A DNA stretch of 64,000 nucleotides from Torpedo marmorata (taxonomy: Eukaryota). Positions 12,520 through 25,089 of the stretch are shown one piece after another. The notes below the pieces were generated by a model that saw nothing but the letters and a program-made list of their open reading frames with translations, was not told where the DNA came from and ran no database searches. The stretch covers positions 135,594,001 through 135,658,000 of the forward strand of contig OZ360225.1 of NCBI GenBank assembly GCA_977017645.1, read 5' to 3'. Numbering within the stretch: the first letter of the stretch is position 1; every line of letters begins with the position of its first letter. A program made the position numbers and the translations under genes.

Positions 12520-14945
12520 CAGTGCCCTCCATAATGTTTGCAACAAAAACACATTATTTGCCCCTGTGCTCCACCATTTTAAATTTGTAATCAAACAATT
12601 CACATGTGATTAAAGTGCACATTCCAGCTTTTATTAAAGGGTATTTGTGTACATTTTGGTTTGACCATGTAGAAATTACAGCACTTTTTTTATACATAGT
12701 CCCCTCATTTCAGGACACCATAATATTTGGGTCATAGCAATATTAAAGTAGTCATGTTTAGTACTTTGTTGCATATCCCTTGCATGCAATGTCTGTTTGA
12801 AGTCTGTGATTCATAGGCATCATCAGGTGCTGACTATCTTCTCTGGTGATGCTCTGCCAGGCCTCTACTGCAGCCATCTTCAGCTCCTGCTTGTTTCGGA
12901 GGCTTGTCCCCTTAAGTTTTCTCTTCAGCATATGGAAGACATGCTCTCTGGACGTAAAACATGCCTACCCGTTAATGGCGGTGCTGCCGGAGCCGCTGGT
13001 GCGGACCCGCGGGGAGCGGAGATACAGCGCTGCCGTCGGTTCCGCACGGGCTTTGAACGGCCCATTAAAGGAGCCGACGGTGGTTTTATTTACGATCCCG
13101 CGACCACGGGGTCTGCGCCCAAGGTGGCAGCGCCTTTTAACCGGCAGCAGCCACAGGGGGCTGCAGATTCCGGGGAAGCGGAGGACTGGAGCAGGGCACC
13201 AGAGGACGGAAAGATCACCCCCCGTCTGAGAAGGAGAAGCGGAGGAGACGACCCACTGGACGGTGACCACGGTGGCGGACCAGTGAGGGGCTCTGAGGCT
13301 GAAGGACCAGTGCATGCGGCGGGCTGCTGGCGACTCGAGGCGAGGAAACCGCGGAGGCTGTGGGCTGCTGGAGACTGCTGTCGGGGGACTCACGCCGGGC
13401 TGCGGACTGCTGGAGGCAGGCTCGAACTGGCTGGAGGAGTACCAGGTATCGGAACCGGGATGCGAGGGGGTGCCGAGGGCGACCTGACCGTGTTGGAGGT
13501 TTGGATCTGGAGCTCGGGATGCCGATGGTTTGGACTGGACTCTGTGTGGCTGCGGAAGCGAATCTGTGGACACTCGGTGACTCTGGGGGGACTCTCTTTT
13601 GCTTCTTTGCTTCTCTTTCTCTGACTGTAAGGAATGTTAGAGGTGCTTAGGCAATTTCTGCCGGTGGCGAATCTGTCTGCCTTGCAGCAGGCAAAAAGAA
13701 ATTTCATGGAATATGACACTGTCTTATTACTATGACAATAAATTGAATCTTGAATCTTGAATCAATTGGATTTAGATTGGGTGACTAACTTGGCCATTCA
13801 AGAATTTTCTTGTTTTTAGCTTTGAAAAACTCCTTTGTTGCTTTGGCAGTATGTTAGGGATCATTGTCTTGCTGTAGGATGAAGCACCGTCCAATGAGTT
13901 TGGAGGCATTTGCTCGAACTTGAGCAAATAAGATGTTTCTATATACCCCAAAATTCATTTTACTACTGCCATCAGCAGTTATATCATCGAAGATAAGTGC
14001 GCTGGTACCTGTGGCAGCCATACATGCCCAGGCCATAACACCCCCGCCACCATGTTTCACAAATGAGGTGGTATGTTTTGGATCTTTGGCAGTTCCTTTA
14101 TGCCTCCACACTTGGCTGTTGCCATCACTCTGATACAGGTGAATATTGGTCTCATCTGTCCACAAGACCTTTTTTCACACTTCTGCAGGCTCTTTTAAAT
14201 CTTAGCAAACTGATCTGGCCATCCTGTTTCTGTGGCTAACTAGTGGTTTGCATCTTTCAGTGTAGCCTCTGTATTTCTGTTCATGAAGTCTTCTGCAGAC
14301 AGTAGCCATTGACACATCCACACCTGCCTCCTGAAGAGTGTTTCTGATCTGTCGGACAGGCGTTTGGGAATTTTTCTTCATTATGATGAGAATTCTTCTG
14401 TCATCAGCAGTGGAGGTCTTCCTTGGCCTACCAGTCCCTTTGCGATTACTGAGCTCACCGGTAAGTTATTTCTTCTTAATGATGTTCCAAACAGTTGATT
14501 TTGGTAATCCTAAGGTTTGGGCAATGTCTCTTGCTGTTTTATTATTGTTTTTCAGCCTCACTGGCTTCTTTGACTTTCATTGGCACAACTCTGGTCCTCA
14601 TATTGAAAAGTTGCAACTACAGACTTCAAGGTGATCAAAAGCTTAGAAGCAAGCCTAGCTCTCTTTTACCTGCACCAATGAAGCAATTAAACATACCTGA
14701 GTAATCACAAACACTTGTGAAGCCAAATGTCCCAAACATTATGGTGCCCTGAAATGGGGGAACTATGTATAAAAAGTGTTTTAATTCTACATGGTTAAAC
14801 CAAAATGTATACAAATAACCTTGAATAAAATCTGGAATGTGCACTTTAATCACATGTGAATTGTTTGATTACAAATGTAAAACTGTGGAGCACGGGCAAA
14901 TAAAGGAAAAAAAATGTGTCTGTCCCAAACATTATGGAGGACACT
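12520..14945 (-). mobile_element. Tc1 DNA transposon (IR/DR type, defective), interrupted at 12947-13763
   Basis: TA|CAGTGCCCTCCATAATGTTTG at the left end, CAAACATTATGGAGGACACT at the right end; ~230 bp inverted repeats with an inner CACCATAAT.TTTGGG repeat; ORF 13854..14165 has WTDET...VKHGGGGVMAW...QQDNDP. Confidence 0.93.
12947..13763 (+). mobile_element. GC-rich non-autonomous retroposon with Rex1-like tail, copy 1
   Basis: Interrupts the Tc1 sequence ATGCTC|AATTGG; CpG-rich body homologous to 43624-44375; ends TGACAATAAATTGAATCTTGAATCTTGAATC. Confidence 0.75.
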
Positions 14946-15789
14946 CTGGGCCTTGACTCATGTTTACCTTTTGGTTGCCTCCGTGCATCTTGACATTCAG
15001 GGGGCTCTAGATTTGGATGTCCTGCTCTTTACCTCTACTGGAATGTTAAATGTATTTGTTAAGTTAGACCATGAGAGTGCTTTACTGAGGGGTGCCTTAT
15101 AGAGGTTTATAAAATTGAGGGGGATAGGTAGTTAGAATTCTTTCACAGGGCAGGAGAGTGTACTTGAGGTAAGGAGGGTGATTAAAGGGATATGTTCTTG
15201 AATAATGTCAATAAATTAGCAAGTGTAGAGGATGGAAAATTGAAGTAGAAACAAAATACTAGAAACACTCTGCAGTTCAGGCAATATCTGTGGAAAGAGA
15301 TACATACCTTTCCCAATTCCAATACTGTAATGGTCCTGTCCCGAAACATTTGTTTCTCTTCCTGCATGCAGATGCTGTCTGACCAGCTGAATGTTTTTAA
15401 CTTTGTCTTTCTCCACCCTCTTATTTTCACTTGTAAATAATGCCCTTATTGCTGTGAACGTATTTGGACCACATAACTTTATCAGATACGTGTGTCTTAA
15501 GTGAGAATATCATACCTCCCAATTTTTTTCCTGATGCCATTTGTGTGTTCCCATGCTTGGCTTTCCTATTCCTCTGGCATCTCTCGGAGCACTTTATCTT
15601 CAATCCATTTTGCACCAGCCAGACAGAACATGTATGCTTTATCTGAGATGATTCAGGAGTGTCAAACTCTATTTACAAATCCAGAATTTTGATCATTTTA
15701 TTTTGGGTTAATATTTCCTGTTTTTTTTGGGGTTTTTTGAGGCACAAATTACCGGTAAATATATTTCCAAAATATTGGGCATCATGGTA

Positions 15790-15923
15790 GAAGGGCTCAA
15801 GCCTGAAACGTCGGTTATGTATTTCTACCTTTGCTACATAAAAGACACTGTTTGACCTGCTGAGTTCTCCAGCTTTTGTGTTTTTTACTCTAACCTCGGT
15901 GTCTACAGATTTTCGTGTTTACT
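15790..15923 (+). mobile_element. Penelope-terminus mini-insertion
   Basis: GAAGGGCTCAAGCCTGAAACGTCGGTTATGTATTTCTACC...GATTTTCGTGTTTAC is nearly identical to 26242-26376. Confidence 0.85.
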
Positions 15924-15925
15924 TA

Positions 15926-16135
15926 TGGTTAGCATAGCAGTTGGCACAATGCTATTACGGCGCAAGCGACCCAGGTTCGAATGTAGCGCTGCCTGTAAGG
16001 AGTTTGTACGTTCTCTCCGTGACTGTGTGGTTTCCTCCCACTTTCCAAAGACATACTGGGTTTGTAGGTTATTTAGTCACATGGGCTCGTGGGCCAGAAG
16101 GACATGTTACTGGGCTGTATCTCTAAAATTAAAAA
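15926..16135 (+). mobile_element. V-SINE (HE1-like), degraded
   Basis: TGGTTAGCATAGCAGTTGGC head, GTAAGGAGTTTGTACGTTCTC, GGTTTCCTCCCAC core. Confidence 0.75.
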
Positions 16136-16187
16136 CCATTATGTCAGGCAACTTTTATATTTTTGTATTTCTGCTTGTTTTCCACAG

Positions 16188-16378
16188 TTGAAACATGGGT
16201 TGGAGTTTACACGGTAAAGGACTGCTATCCAGTGCAAGAAACTTACACCAAGAGCTACAATGTAACAAGCTCCACACGCTTTTTTGATCTGCAGTTAGGG
16301 ATTAGTGACCCATCTGTGTTCACGCCACCCAGCACCTGCCAGGCAGCTAGCTCAGAAGAGATGAGCGATGACTGCTGA
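16188..16378 (+). CDS. EPDR1: Ependymin-related protein 1, terminal coding exon
   Basis: Acceptor CTTGTTTTCCACAG ends at 16187; the phase matches the 6879 donor (T+TT=Phe); translates (F)ETWVGVYTVKDCYPVQETYTKSYNVTSSTRFFDLQLGISDPSVFTPPSTCQAASSEEMSDDC*, the EPDR1 C-terminus. Confidence 0.96.
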
Positions 16379-16692
16379 GTATAGGTATTGGCTTATAGAA
16401 TACAGCCATCATTTATTAAGTTTTCCTGTCACTAACAATCTTTTTTTGTGCTGATGTATAAGGAAACTTGGTTAATTTCTCTCAAATAATCTGCTAATTG
16501 AGATGTTATTTCCAAGAAAAATTGGGTATACGGTAAGCAGGTTTATGTAATTATGCCTTGGATCTGAGCTGGTGTCTGTGAAAACATATTTATTAATTAC
16601 CTAGAAAATACAAACAAAATTGCTTCTGAATTTCATCCTGTTGTACTTGGCTCTTTACATCTGCTTAATTGTATGGGCAATAATGTTACCCA

Positions 16693-16698
16693 AATAAA
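16693..16698 (+). promoter_or_regulatory. Candidate EPDR1 polyadenylation signal (alternatives at 16832-16837 and 17202-17207)
   Basis: AATAAA hexamers in the AT-rich, repeat-free region downstream of the stop codon; which is used cannot be determined. Confidence 0.4.
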
Positions 16699-18485
16699 GT
16701 AACTCACAACAGAGAGAACTGCAGCTACTTTCAATTGATGTTTTAATGTATATAGAATGTTGTGTCCAAGAAAGGAAAATATTGCACAGTGTGCAAACAA
16801 TATCCACGTTTCACTGAATAATCACACATTTAATAAAGGTCCTTTTCTTGCTTGTATGAGAATATGCATTATTTTTTCTAATCATTTGCAATTTGGTTGT
16901 TGTTAGAGGTTGTTAATTAGGAGTTTAAATTTTAGAATTCTGAAGGAAGTTCATTTATATGCCTCATGGGGGTACAGTATCTTGTTATTCAATTATCTGC
17001 TTTATTTCCACAAATACAGTCCAGTCTCTCACCAGTCATAAGTTTATTGCTTTGAAGCATCTGTTGCTTTGAAGCAAAGCTGTAATGAACTTCATATTGA
17101 TTCTGACTGGATACATCTTGTAAAGTAATTTGAGTTGCTTGGTACAAGCAATAGTTTTTTTTTCATGTTTAATGAGATGTTGATGATTGATAACCTTATA
17201 AAATAAATCTCTAAGCACCACGATTGGATTCTTGTATTTAGGCTATGTATAGGTAAATATCTATCTAGTTGTGTTTTAAATAATTTAAAGATTCATATTG
17301 AGCATGTTTGATCTCTCAGCTGGACATGAATGGATGAAGGAAGTTCTTTAACTTGCATGTTTCTTCGTTCCATGAGTTTGTTTTTTTAAAACTGTCAGTT
17401 CCACTGTGTTCACAGTAAGGAGAAGTGACGTACTGTACTAATATTGGATTGCACTCTCCCAAGATTGAGGCTGCTGTAAACAGAAACCTATTTAGCAATG
17501 TGTTTAGAGAAATTACTTGGGTTTAAGAAATGACTGTAATTGTTGAACCACACAGAAAAATATCAGAATATAATAGTTCAATGGTGTAAATTCCTCATCA
17601 TTTAGCATCTACAGTGACCTCCATAATGTTTGGGACAGACAACTTTTTTCCTTTATTTGCCCCTGTGCTCCACAGTTTTAAATTTGTAATCAAACTGTTC
17701 ACATGTGATTAAAATGCACATTCCAGGCTTCATTCAAGGTTATTTGCGTATAATTTGGTTTTACAGCACTCTTTATACATAGTCCCCTCATTTCAAGGCA
17801 CCATAATATATGGGACATATCAATGGTATGTACCGGTATATTAAAGTAGTCATGTTTAGCACTTTGTTGCATGTTCCTTGCATGCAATGACTGCTTGAAG
17901 TCTGTGATTCATAGACATTACCAGGTGCTGAGTATCTTCTCTGGTGATAGCTCTGCCAGGCCTCTACTGCAGCCATCGTCGGCTCCTGCTTGTTTCGGGG
18001 GCTTGTCCCCTTAGGTTTTCCTTTTAGGAAATGGAAGGCATGCTCAATTGGATTTAGATTGGGTGACTAACTTGGCCATTCAAGAATTTTCCAGATTTTA
18101 GCTTTGAAAAACTCCTTTGTTTTTGCAGTATGTTTGGGATCGTTGTCTTGCTGTAGAATGAAGTGCCGTCACATAAGGTTGGAGGCATTTGCTCGAACTT
18201 GAGCAGACAAGATGCTCTATACACCTCAAAATTCATTTTGCTACTGCCATCAGCAGTTAAATCATCAATAAAGATAAGTGTGACAGTCATACATGCCTAG
18301 GCCATAACACCCCACCAGCATGTTTCACAGATAAGGTGGTATGCTTTGGATCTTGGGCAGTTCCTTTACACCTCCACACTTTGCTCTTGCCACCACTCTG
18401 ATACAAGTTAATCTTGGTCTCATCTGTCCAAAAGACCTTTTTCCACACTTCTGCAGGCTCTTTTAAATACTTCTTGGCACAATGT

Positions 18486-19124
18486 TTCTTCAGCAATAAG
18501 TACGCCTCTTTGAGTACTGTTGGGGAGGACAGCATAGTTTGGGGGAGCAGCAGTGGCTGTGCCTCTGGCACGGGGTCAGCCCCTGTAGCTCAGAAGGGTA
18601 GGGAAAGGAAGAGGAGGGCAATAGTCGTAGGGGACTCCATAGTTAAGAGGACAGATAGGGGATTCTGTGGACGCAGCAAGGAGAACCGGATGGTGGTTTG
18701 CCTCCCTGGTGCCAGGGTCCGGGATGTTGCTGCTCGTGTCCCGGATATCCTAAAGGGGGAGGGACAGGAGCCAGAGGTCGTGGTACATGTAGGTACCAAT
18801 GACATAGGGAGGAATAGAGAAGAGGTCCTAAAAAGTGAGTACAGGCAGTTAGGTAGGGAGTTAAAAAGAAGGACCGCAAAGGGGGCAATCTCCGGATTAC
18901 TCCCTGTGCCACGTGACAGTGAGAGTAGGAATAGAATGAGGTGGAGGATTAACACGTGGCTGAAGGGTTGGAGTAAGGGGCAGGGTTTCAAGTTTCTGGA
19001 TCACTGGGACCTTTTTTGGGGAAGATGTGACCTGTACAGTAAGGACGGGTTACACTTGAATCCCAGGGGGACCAGGATCCTGGCAGGGGTATTTGCTAGG
19101 GCTACTCAGGATCCTTTAAACTAG
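18486..19124 (+). CDS. CR1 ORF1, SGNH/GDSL esterase domain (5'-truncated)
   Basis: SGNH blocks IVVGDSIV, CLPGARV, VHVGTNDI, DGLHLN. Confidence 0.88.
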   Translation, partial: FFSNKYASLSTVGEDSIVWGSSSGCASGTGSAPVAQKGRERKRRAIVVGDSIVKRTDRGFCGRSKENRMVVCLPGARVRDVAARVPDILKGEGQEPEVVVHVGTNDIGRNREEVLKSEYRQLGRELKRRTAKGAISGLLPVPRDSESRNRMRWRINTWLKGWSKGQGFKFLDHWDLFWGRCDLYSKDGLHLNPRGTRILAGVFARATQDPLN

Positions 19125-19129
19125 AATGG

Positions 19130-22100
19130 TTGGGGGGAGGGAGCAAAATAGTACAGAGCAGTAAGGAGAAGGTTAGAATGCAAACAGAGAAAGTTTGTAG
19201 TCAGTGTTTGAATATGGATGGGCAGGTGATAGAGAAGGGAAATGCTCTGGATGAAGATGAAGGGCAATTGGCAGAAAAAGTAAATAATGTTTCTAAAGAT
19301 GAGGGCAAACAGAGATTAAGAAGTGGGAAATCTCTGAAATTCATATATTTTAATGCCAGGAGTATTGTAAAAAAGGTGGATGAGCTGAAGGTGTGGATTG
19401 ATACTTGGAAGTATGATGTGGTAGCGATTAGTGAGTCATGGTTGCAGGAGGGATGTGATTGGCAGCTGAATATCCCTGGGTTTCGTTGCTTTAGGTGTGA
19501 TAGAGTCGGAGGGGCAAGAGGAGGTGGTGTTGCATTGCTTGTCAGGGAGAATATTACAGCAGTGCTTAGGCAGGATAGATTAGAGGGCTCGTCCACGGAG
19601 GCTATTTGGGTGGAACTGAGGAGTGGAAAAGGAGAAGTTACACTTGTAGGGGTGTATTATAGACCACCCGGAGGGGACCGAGACCTAGAGGAGCAAATCT
19701 GTAGGGAGATAGTGGATATTTGTGATAAGCACAGGGTTGTAATTATGGGAGATTTTAATTTTCCACATATAGATTGGGAAACACATTCTGTGAAAGGGCT
19801 GGATGGGTTGGAGTTTGTGAAATCTGTGCAGGATAGTTTTTTACAACAATATGTAGAGGTACCGACCAGAGAAGGAGCAGTGTTAGATCTACTATTGGCA
19901 AATGAGATAGGTCAAGTGACGGAGGTTTGTGTTGGTGAGCACTTCGGGTCCAGTGATCATAATACCATCAGCTTCAATGTCATTATGGAAAGAGATAAGT
20001 CAGGGCCAAGGGTTGAGGTTTTTGATTGGGGAAAAGCTAGATTTGAGGAGATGCGAAAGGACTTACAGGGTGTGCATTGGGACAATTTGTTTTATGGGCA
20101 GGATGTAGTAGAGAGATGGAAGTCTTTTAAAGATCAGATTTTGAGAGTGCAAAAGCTTTATGTTCCTGTTAGGTTAAAAGGAGGGGCAAAAGGTTTGAGA
20201 GAGCCGTGGTTTTCGAGGAATATTGGAAACTTGGTTCGAAAAAAAAGGGAGGCGTACATTAAGTATAAGAAGCATGGAATTAAGGAGATGTTTGAAAAAT
20301 ACATTGAATGTAAAAGGAATCTTAAGAGAGGAATTAGGAAAGCTAAAAGAAGGTACGAGGAGACTATAGCAAGCAGGGTGAAAATTAATCCAAAAGGTTT
20401 CTACAAATACGTTAATGGTAAAAGGAAAGCGAGGGACAAAATTGGTCCCCTAGAGAATCAGAGCGGAAAACTGTGTGTGGAGCCTAGAGAAATGGGGGAG
20501 ATATTGAACAGTTTCTTTTCTTCGGTATTCACCAAGGAGAAGGATATTGGGATATGCGAGATTAAAAAAAAGCAAATTGGGTAAGTATGGAGAATATAGG
20601 GATTACGAAAGATGTAGTGTTAGGGCTTTTGAGGCATATAAAGGTGGATAACTCTCCGGGACCCGACGGGATCTTCCCCAGGACCTTGAGAGAAATAAGG
20701 GAGGAAATAGCAGAGGCTCTGACGGTGATTTTCCAAATGTCATTAGAGATGGGGATAGTGCCGGAGGATTGGCGTATTGCGCATGTGGTTCCGTTATTTA
20801 AAAAGGGTTCAAGGAGGAAGCCTGGCAATTATCGGCCTGTAAGTTTGACGTCTGTGGTAGGTAAATTAATGGAGAAAGTTCTTAGAGATAGTACTTATAA
20901 ATATCTGGATAGACAGGGTCTGATCAGGAACACTCAACACGGATTTGTGAGCGGAAGGTCCTGTTTGACCAATCTGATTGAATTTTTTGAAGAGGTGACT
21001 AGGAATGTGGATGAGGGTAGCGCGGTGGATGTTGTCTATATGGACTTCAGTATGGCCTTCGATAAGGTACCACATGGAAGGTTAGTTAGGAAGGTGCAGT
21101 CTTTAGGTATAAATTTTGGGATAGTCAAATGGATTGAACATTGGCTGAAAGGGAGAGGCCAGAGAGTGGTAGTGGATAATTGTCTGTCAGGTTGGAGGCC
21201 GGTGACCAGCGGTGTGCCTCAGGGATCTGTATTGGGCCCATTGTTGTTCGTTATATACATTAATGATCTAGATGATGGGGTGGTGAACTGGATTAGTAAA
21301 TATGCAGACGATACTAAGATAGGTGGAATAGTGGATAATGAAGAAGGTTTTCAAGGATTGCAGAGGGATTTGGGCTGCTTAGAAAAATGGGCTGAAAAAT
21401 GGCAGATGGAGTTTAATGCTGATAAGTGTGAGGTGCTTCATTTTGGTAAGAAGAATCAGAACAGGACATACGTAGTAAATGGGAGAGCATTGATGAATAC
21501 AGAAGCGCAGAAAGATTTAGGAATAACGGTGCATCGTTCCCTGAAGGTAGAAACTCATGTGAATAGGGTGGTGAAGAAGGCTTTTAGTATGCTGGCCTTT
21601 ATCAATCATTGCATAGAATATAGGAGTTGGGAAGTGATGTTGAGATTATATAAGGCGTTGGTGCGGCCTAATTTAGAGTTCTGTGTGCAGTTCTGGTCGC
21701 CAAATTATAGGAAGGATATCAACAGAGTGGAGAGAGTGCAGAGAATATTTACCAGAATGTTACCTGGGTTTAAGCATCTAGAGTACAAGGAGAGATTGAG
21801 CAGATTAGGTCTTTATTCTTTGGAGCGTAGAAGGTTGAGAGGGGATTTGATAGAGGTATTTAAGATTATGAAAGGGATAGACAGAGTGGATGTGGATAGA
21901 CTATTTCTGTTAAGAGTAGGAGAGATTGAAACAAGAGGACATGAGTTAAGAGTTAAGGGGCAGAGGTTTAGAGGTAACATGAGGGGAAACTTCTTTACTC
22001 AGAGAGTGGTAACGGTGTGGAATGAGCTTCCGGGAGAAGTAGTGGCGGAAGAGTCAATTTTATTATTTAAGAAAAAGTTGGACAGGTATATGGATGAGAA

Positions 22101-22143
22101 GGAGGTAGAGGGTTATGGGCAGGGTGCAGGTAGGTGGGACTAG
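19130..22143 (+). pseudogene. CR1 ORF2 (APE endonuclease plus reverse transcriptase) with a single frameshift
   Basis: ORF 19130..20584 (FNARSI, ISESW, GDFNFP, SDH) and ORF 20587..22143 (GVPQGSVLGP, YADD) are offset by a frameshift at the A8 run 20564-20571. Confidence 0.93.
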
Positions 22144-23789
22144 AGAGGAGTGTTTGGTTCGGTGCGGACTAGAAGGGCCTAATGGCCTGTTTCCGTGCTG
22201 TAATTGTTATATGGTTATATTGTTAATGTAATCAGGCCATCCTGTTTCTGTGGCTAACTAGTGGTTTGCATCTTGCAGTGTAACCTCTATTTCTGTTCAT
22301 GAAGTCTTCTGCGGATAGTAGTCATTGACACATCCACGCTTGCCTCCTGAAGAGTGTTTCTGATCTGTCGGACAGGCGTTTTAGGGATTTTTCTTCGTTA
22401 TGATGAGAATTCTTCTGTCATCAGCAGTGGAGGTCTTCCTTGGCCTACCAGTCCCTTTGCGATTACTGAGCTCACCGGTACGTTATTTCTTCTTAATAAT
22501 GTTCCAAACAGTTGATTTTGGTAATCCTAAGGTTTGGGCGATGTCTCTTGCTGTTTTATTCTTGTTTTTCAGCCTCACTGGCTTCTTTGACTTTCATTGG
22601 CACAACTCTGGTCCTCATGTTGAAAAGTTGCAACTACAGACTTCAAAGGTGATCAAAAGCTTAGAAGCAAGCCTAGCTCTCTTTTACCTGCACCAATGAA
22701 GCAATTACTCAGCACCTGGTAATCACAAACACTTGTGAAGCCAAATGTCCCAAACATTATGGTGCCCTGAAATGGGGGAACTGTGTATAAAAAGTGCTGT
22801 AATTCTACATGGTCAAACCAAAATGTATACAAATAATTTTGAATAAAATCAGGAATGTGCACTTTAATCACATATGAATTATTTGATTACAAATGTAAAA
22901 CTGTGGAGCACAGGGACAAATAAAGGGGATAAAGTATTTGTCCCAAACATTATAGAGGACACTGTATATAGTAAGATATATGGTTAACATTTCACTTCAC
23001 TGATCTTTCATCGGAACAGAGGAAAGGTAGAAATCAAACTTCGTGACTTGCAAAGAATGCAGTAAAGTGGAAAGGGAATGTCCTTGATGAAGTTCAGACC
23101 AAGAGAGACTGAGACATGGTGGTGTCAGCAGATGGGGTGATCTTGCTGGAGGAGGTGTAAATAGAAAAAGACAAGTGAAAGAGAAGGACAGTCAGGAAAA
23201 GAGAAAAAAACAGTGCTGGAACTGGAGAACACTGAAAAAGTTTATAAGGTATTTTATGAGGTAAAATAACACCTTACCAGGTCGAGTATGTATGTGGTAA
23301 AACTGCTTGGGTAAATTTATTTATGGGAGAGTAATATACAAAACCAAGAAGAGATACAAGATAGCACAATTGCCAAGCTTCATCACAAACCCATAACACT
23401 TGCATTATAATTTAGAAAAGGATTCCTATGCTGCAAAACAGACACAATCGCAATAGACGTTGCCTGAACCAAATAAAAGAATGGATGTATTTTGAAGATC
23501 AAATAAGATTGAGAGGTTTAGGGGGAAAAAAAATCAGTGTTGATGAGCAAGGGAGGTAAAAGCCACCTGCCAGTGATGGAGTGAAGGAGAAGAGGAATAT
23601 ACACGAAGGGTGTATCAGATGATTTTTTAAAAAAGTGTCAGATGGAAGGAGAGGGCAGAAAACTTGTAAGGCTGGAAGAGAATTAGGAGGAAGTGTTGCA
23701 GAATTCAAACACATGGTTGAGTAATTTGAAAGTTTAGGAATGAGTAGAACAGGCGATGGATAAATGATCACAATATGTGAACAAATATT

Positions 23790-24520
23790 TTGAAGAGCTG
23801 AACTTGACCATGAATGGAGGTTGGGAATAAAAACAGAAAATGCCAAGAAAACAGCAGGTCAGGTTGCATTTCAGCTCTGGAACCTTTCATCAGAACTGAG
23901 AAGAAAAGAAACAAGTTAGCCAAGATGGCAAGGAAAGTGGGGGAGGTTGTTATGTGGAGCAATGGGAACTTCTCTGATAGAGTGAAATAATGGACAGTTT
24001 AATGTCGAGACTTGTAAACTGCAACTTGCCCAGACGCAAGATGACGTATTGTTCCTTGACCTTGCATTGGGCCTCATTTTAACAGTGCAGGCTGGAGATA
24101 ATAAGGTCAGAGTGGAAATGAGTTGGTGAATTAAAGTGAAAGGCAATTGTATGCTTGGGGTCAATTCTGCAATTGAGTGCAGATGCTCCATAAAGCACTT
24201 GATTTTTCCAGTGCAAGAGACCACATTGTGAACACAGAATGCATTATATTAGATCAGAAGAAGTACAAATGAATTGCTGCTTCATCTGGAAAGACATGGA
24301 AAAGTGCCAGGTGAAGTGGCTGATAGGTGGGAATGGACGAGGAAGTTGCAATGGAAGCAATTATTTTGAAATGCTGCAAGGAGAGCTGAGGGAAATACAT
24401 GTCATGGAGAACACAAGGCTCACTAAGGGGAGCATTGTAAAAGTGGAATTTAAACTTAAGATGTTGGCAAGAAAATCACCAGGACAAGGAGTGAAGATGG
24501 TTCAGTGTCAGTACTAGGTG
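23790..24520 (-). mobile_element. Highly degraded Penelope-like element
   Basis: Decayed matches to 3385-4705 (TTTAATGTCGAGACTTGTAAACTGCAAC.., TGAATTGCTGCTTCATCTGGAAAGAC) and a terminus motif at ~23870-23895. Confidence 0.5.
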
Positions 24521-25089
24521 GTATTTTGAGTTGAAAAGGTTTTGAAGTTGACATTTTCAATTCAAGCTTGAGTAGAGTGCTAATGCAATGAACAAACAAT
24601 GAGAAGCTGGAGGGGCTCAGCAGGTCAGGCAGCATCCATGGGTAGAAATGGTGAGTCAACCTTTTGGGTCGTGACCCTTTATCAAGGCCATTTTGTAAAC
24701 TGTCTTCTTTACAACAATAAGAAAGTGGATGAAAAGAAATGATGATATTTGACACGGGTAAATAACTAGTGATGGGAATCAAAGATTATTTGAGATAGCA
24801 ATGACAAAAAGCACTTGCATTGGTAGTAATGCAGAGGAGTCCCACTCGAACAGTCATCTATAAATGAGTTCCTTTTATTATCACCATAGTATAACAATAA
24901 AGTTATGATGTGAAAGGAGACCCATGATGTCAAGATAACTAAAAATAGAGCCACCATTCCTCATCCCACTTTCTAGCATAATTGATTGCCCTTGCAGGTC
25001 CATGGTTCTTCAAGGTACTTTTTAACAGTGATAATAAGATACAATTTTCAGGAAACTAATTAATTACCAGTATTTATTTTTTTAACTTT

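Larger units (their letters stand above)
18486..22224 (+). mobile_element. Young CR1 LINE: ORF1 C-terminal esterase plus full ORF2, AATGT TSD
   Basis: AATGT at 18481-18485 and 22225-22229; removing the insert restores the Tc1 sequence; short (TGTTATA)-like 3' tail. Confidence 0.93.
17612..22964 (-). mobile_element. Tc1 DNA transposon (same family as 12520-14945), split by a CR1
   Basis: TA|CAGTGACCTCCATAATGTTTGGG ... CCCAAACATTATAGAGGACACTG|TA, with TA on both sides; transposase remnant KKVFWTDETKINLYQS in ORF 18287..18571. Confidence 0.93.

Noticed and set aside
12797-13719. Long overlapping ORFs (275, 202, 127 aa) as host genes; likewise 43895..44416
   Set aside because: They are a by-product of a GC-rich repeat with few stop codons; the longest starts in Tc1 sequence and no domain is recognisable.
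14338-14853. Conserved small protein family (near-identical ORFs also at 22400..22871 and 48120..48419)
   Set aside because: These are antisense or TIR readings of three copies of the same Tc1 transposon.
18414-19124. Host or horizontally acquired GDSL lipase gene
   Set aside because: It is the known esterase domain of CR1 ORF1, directly upstream of ORF2; the ORF's first residues come from flanking Tc1 DNA.
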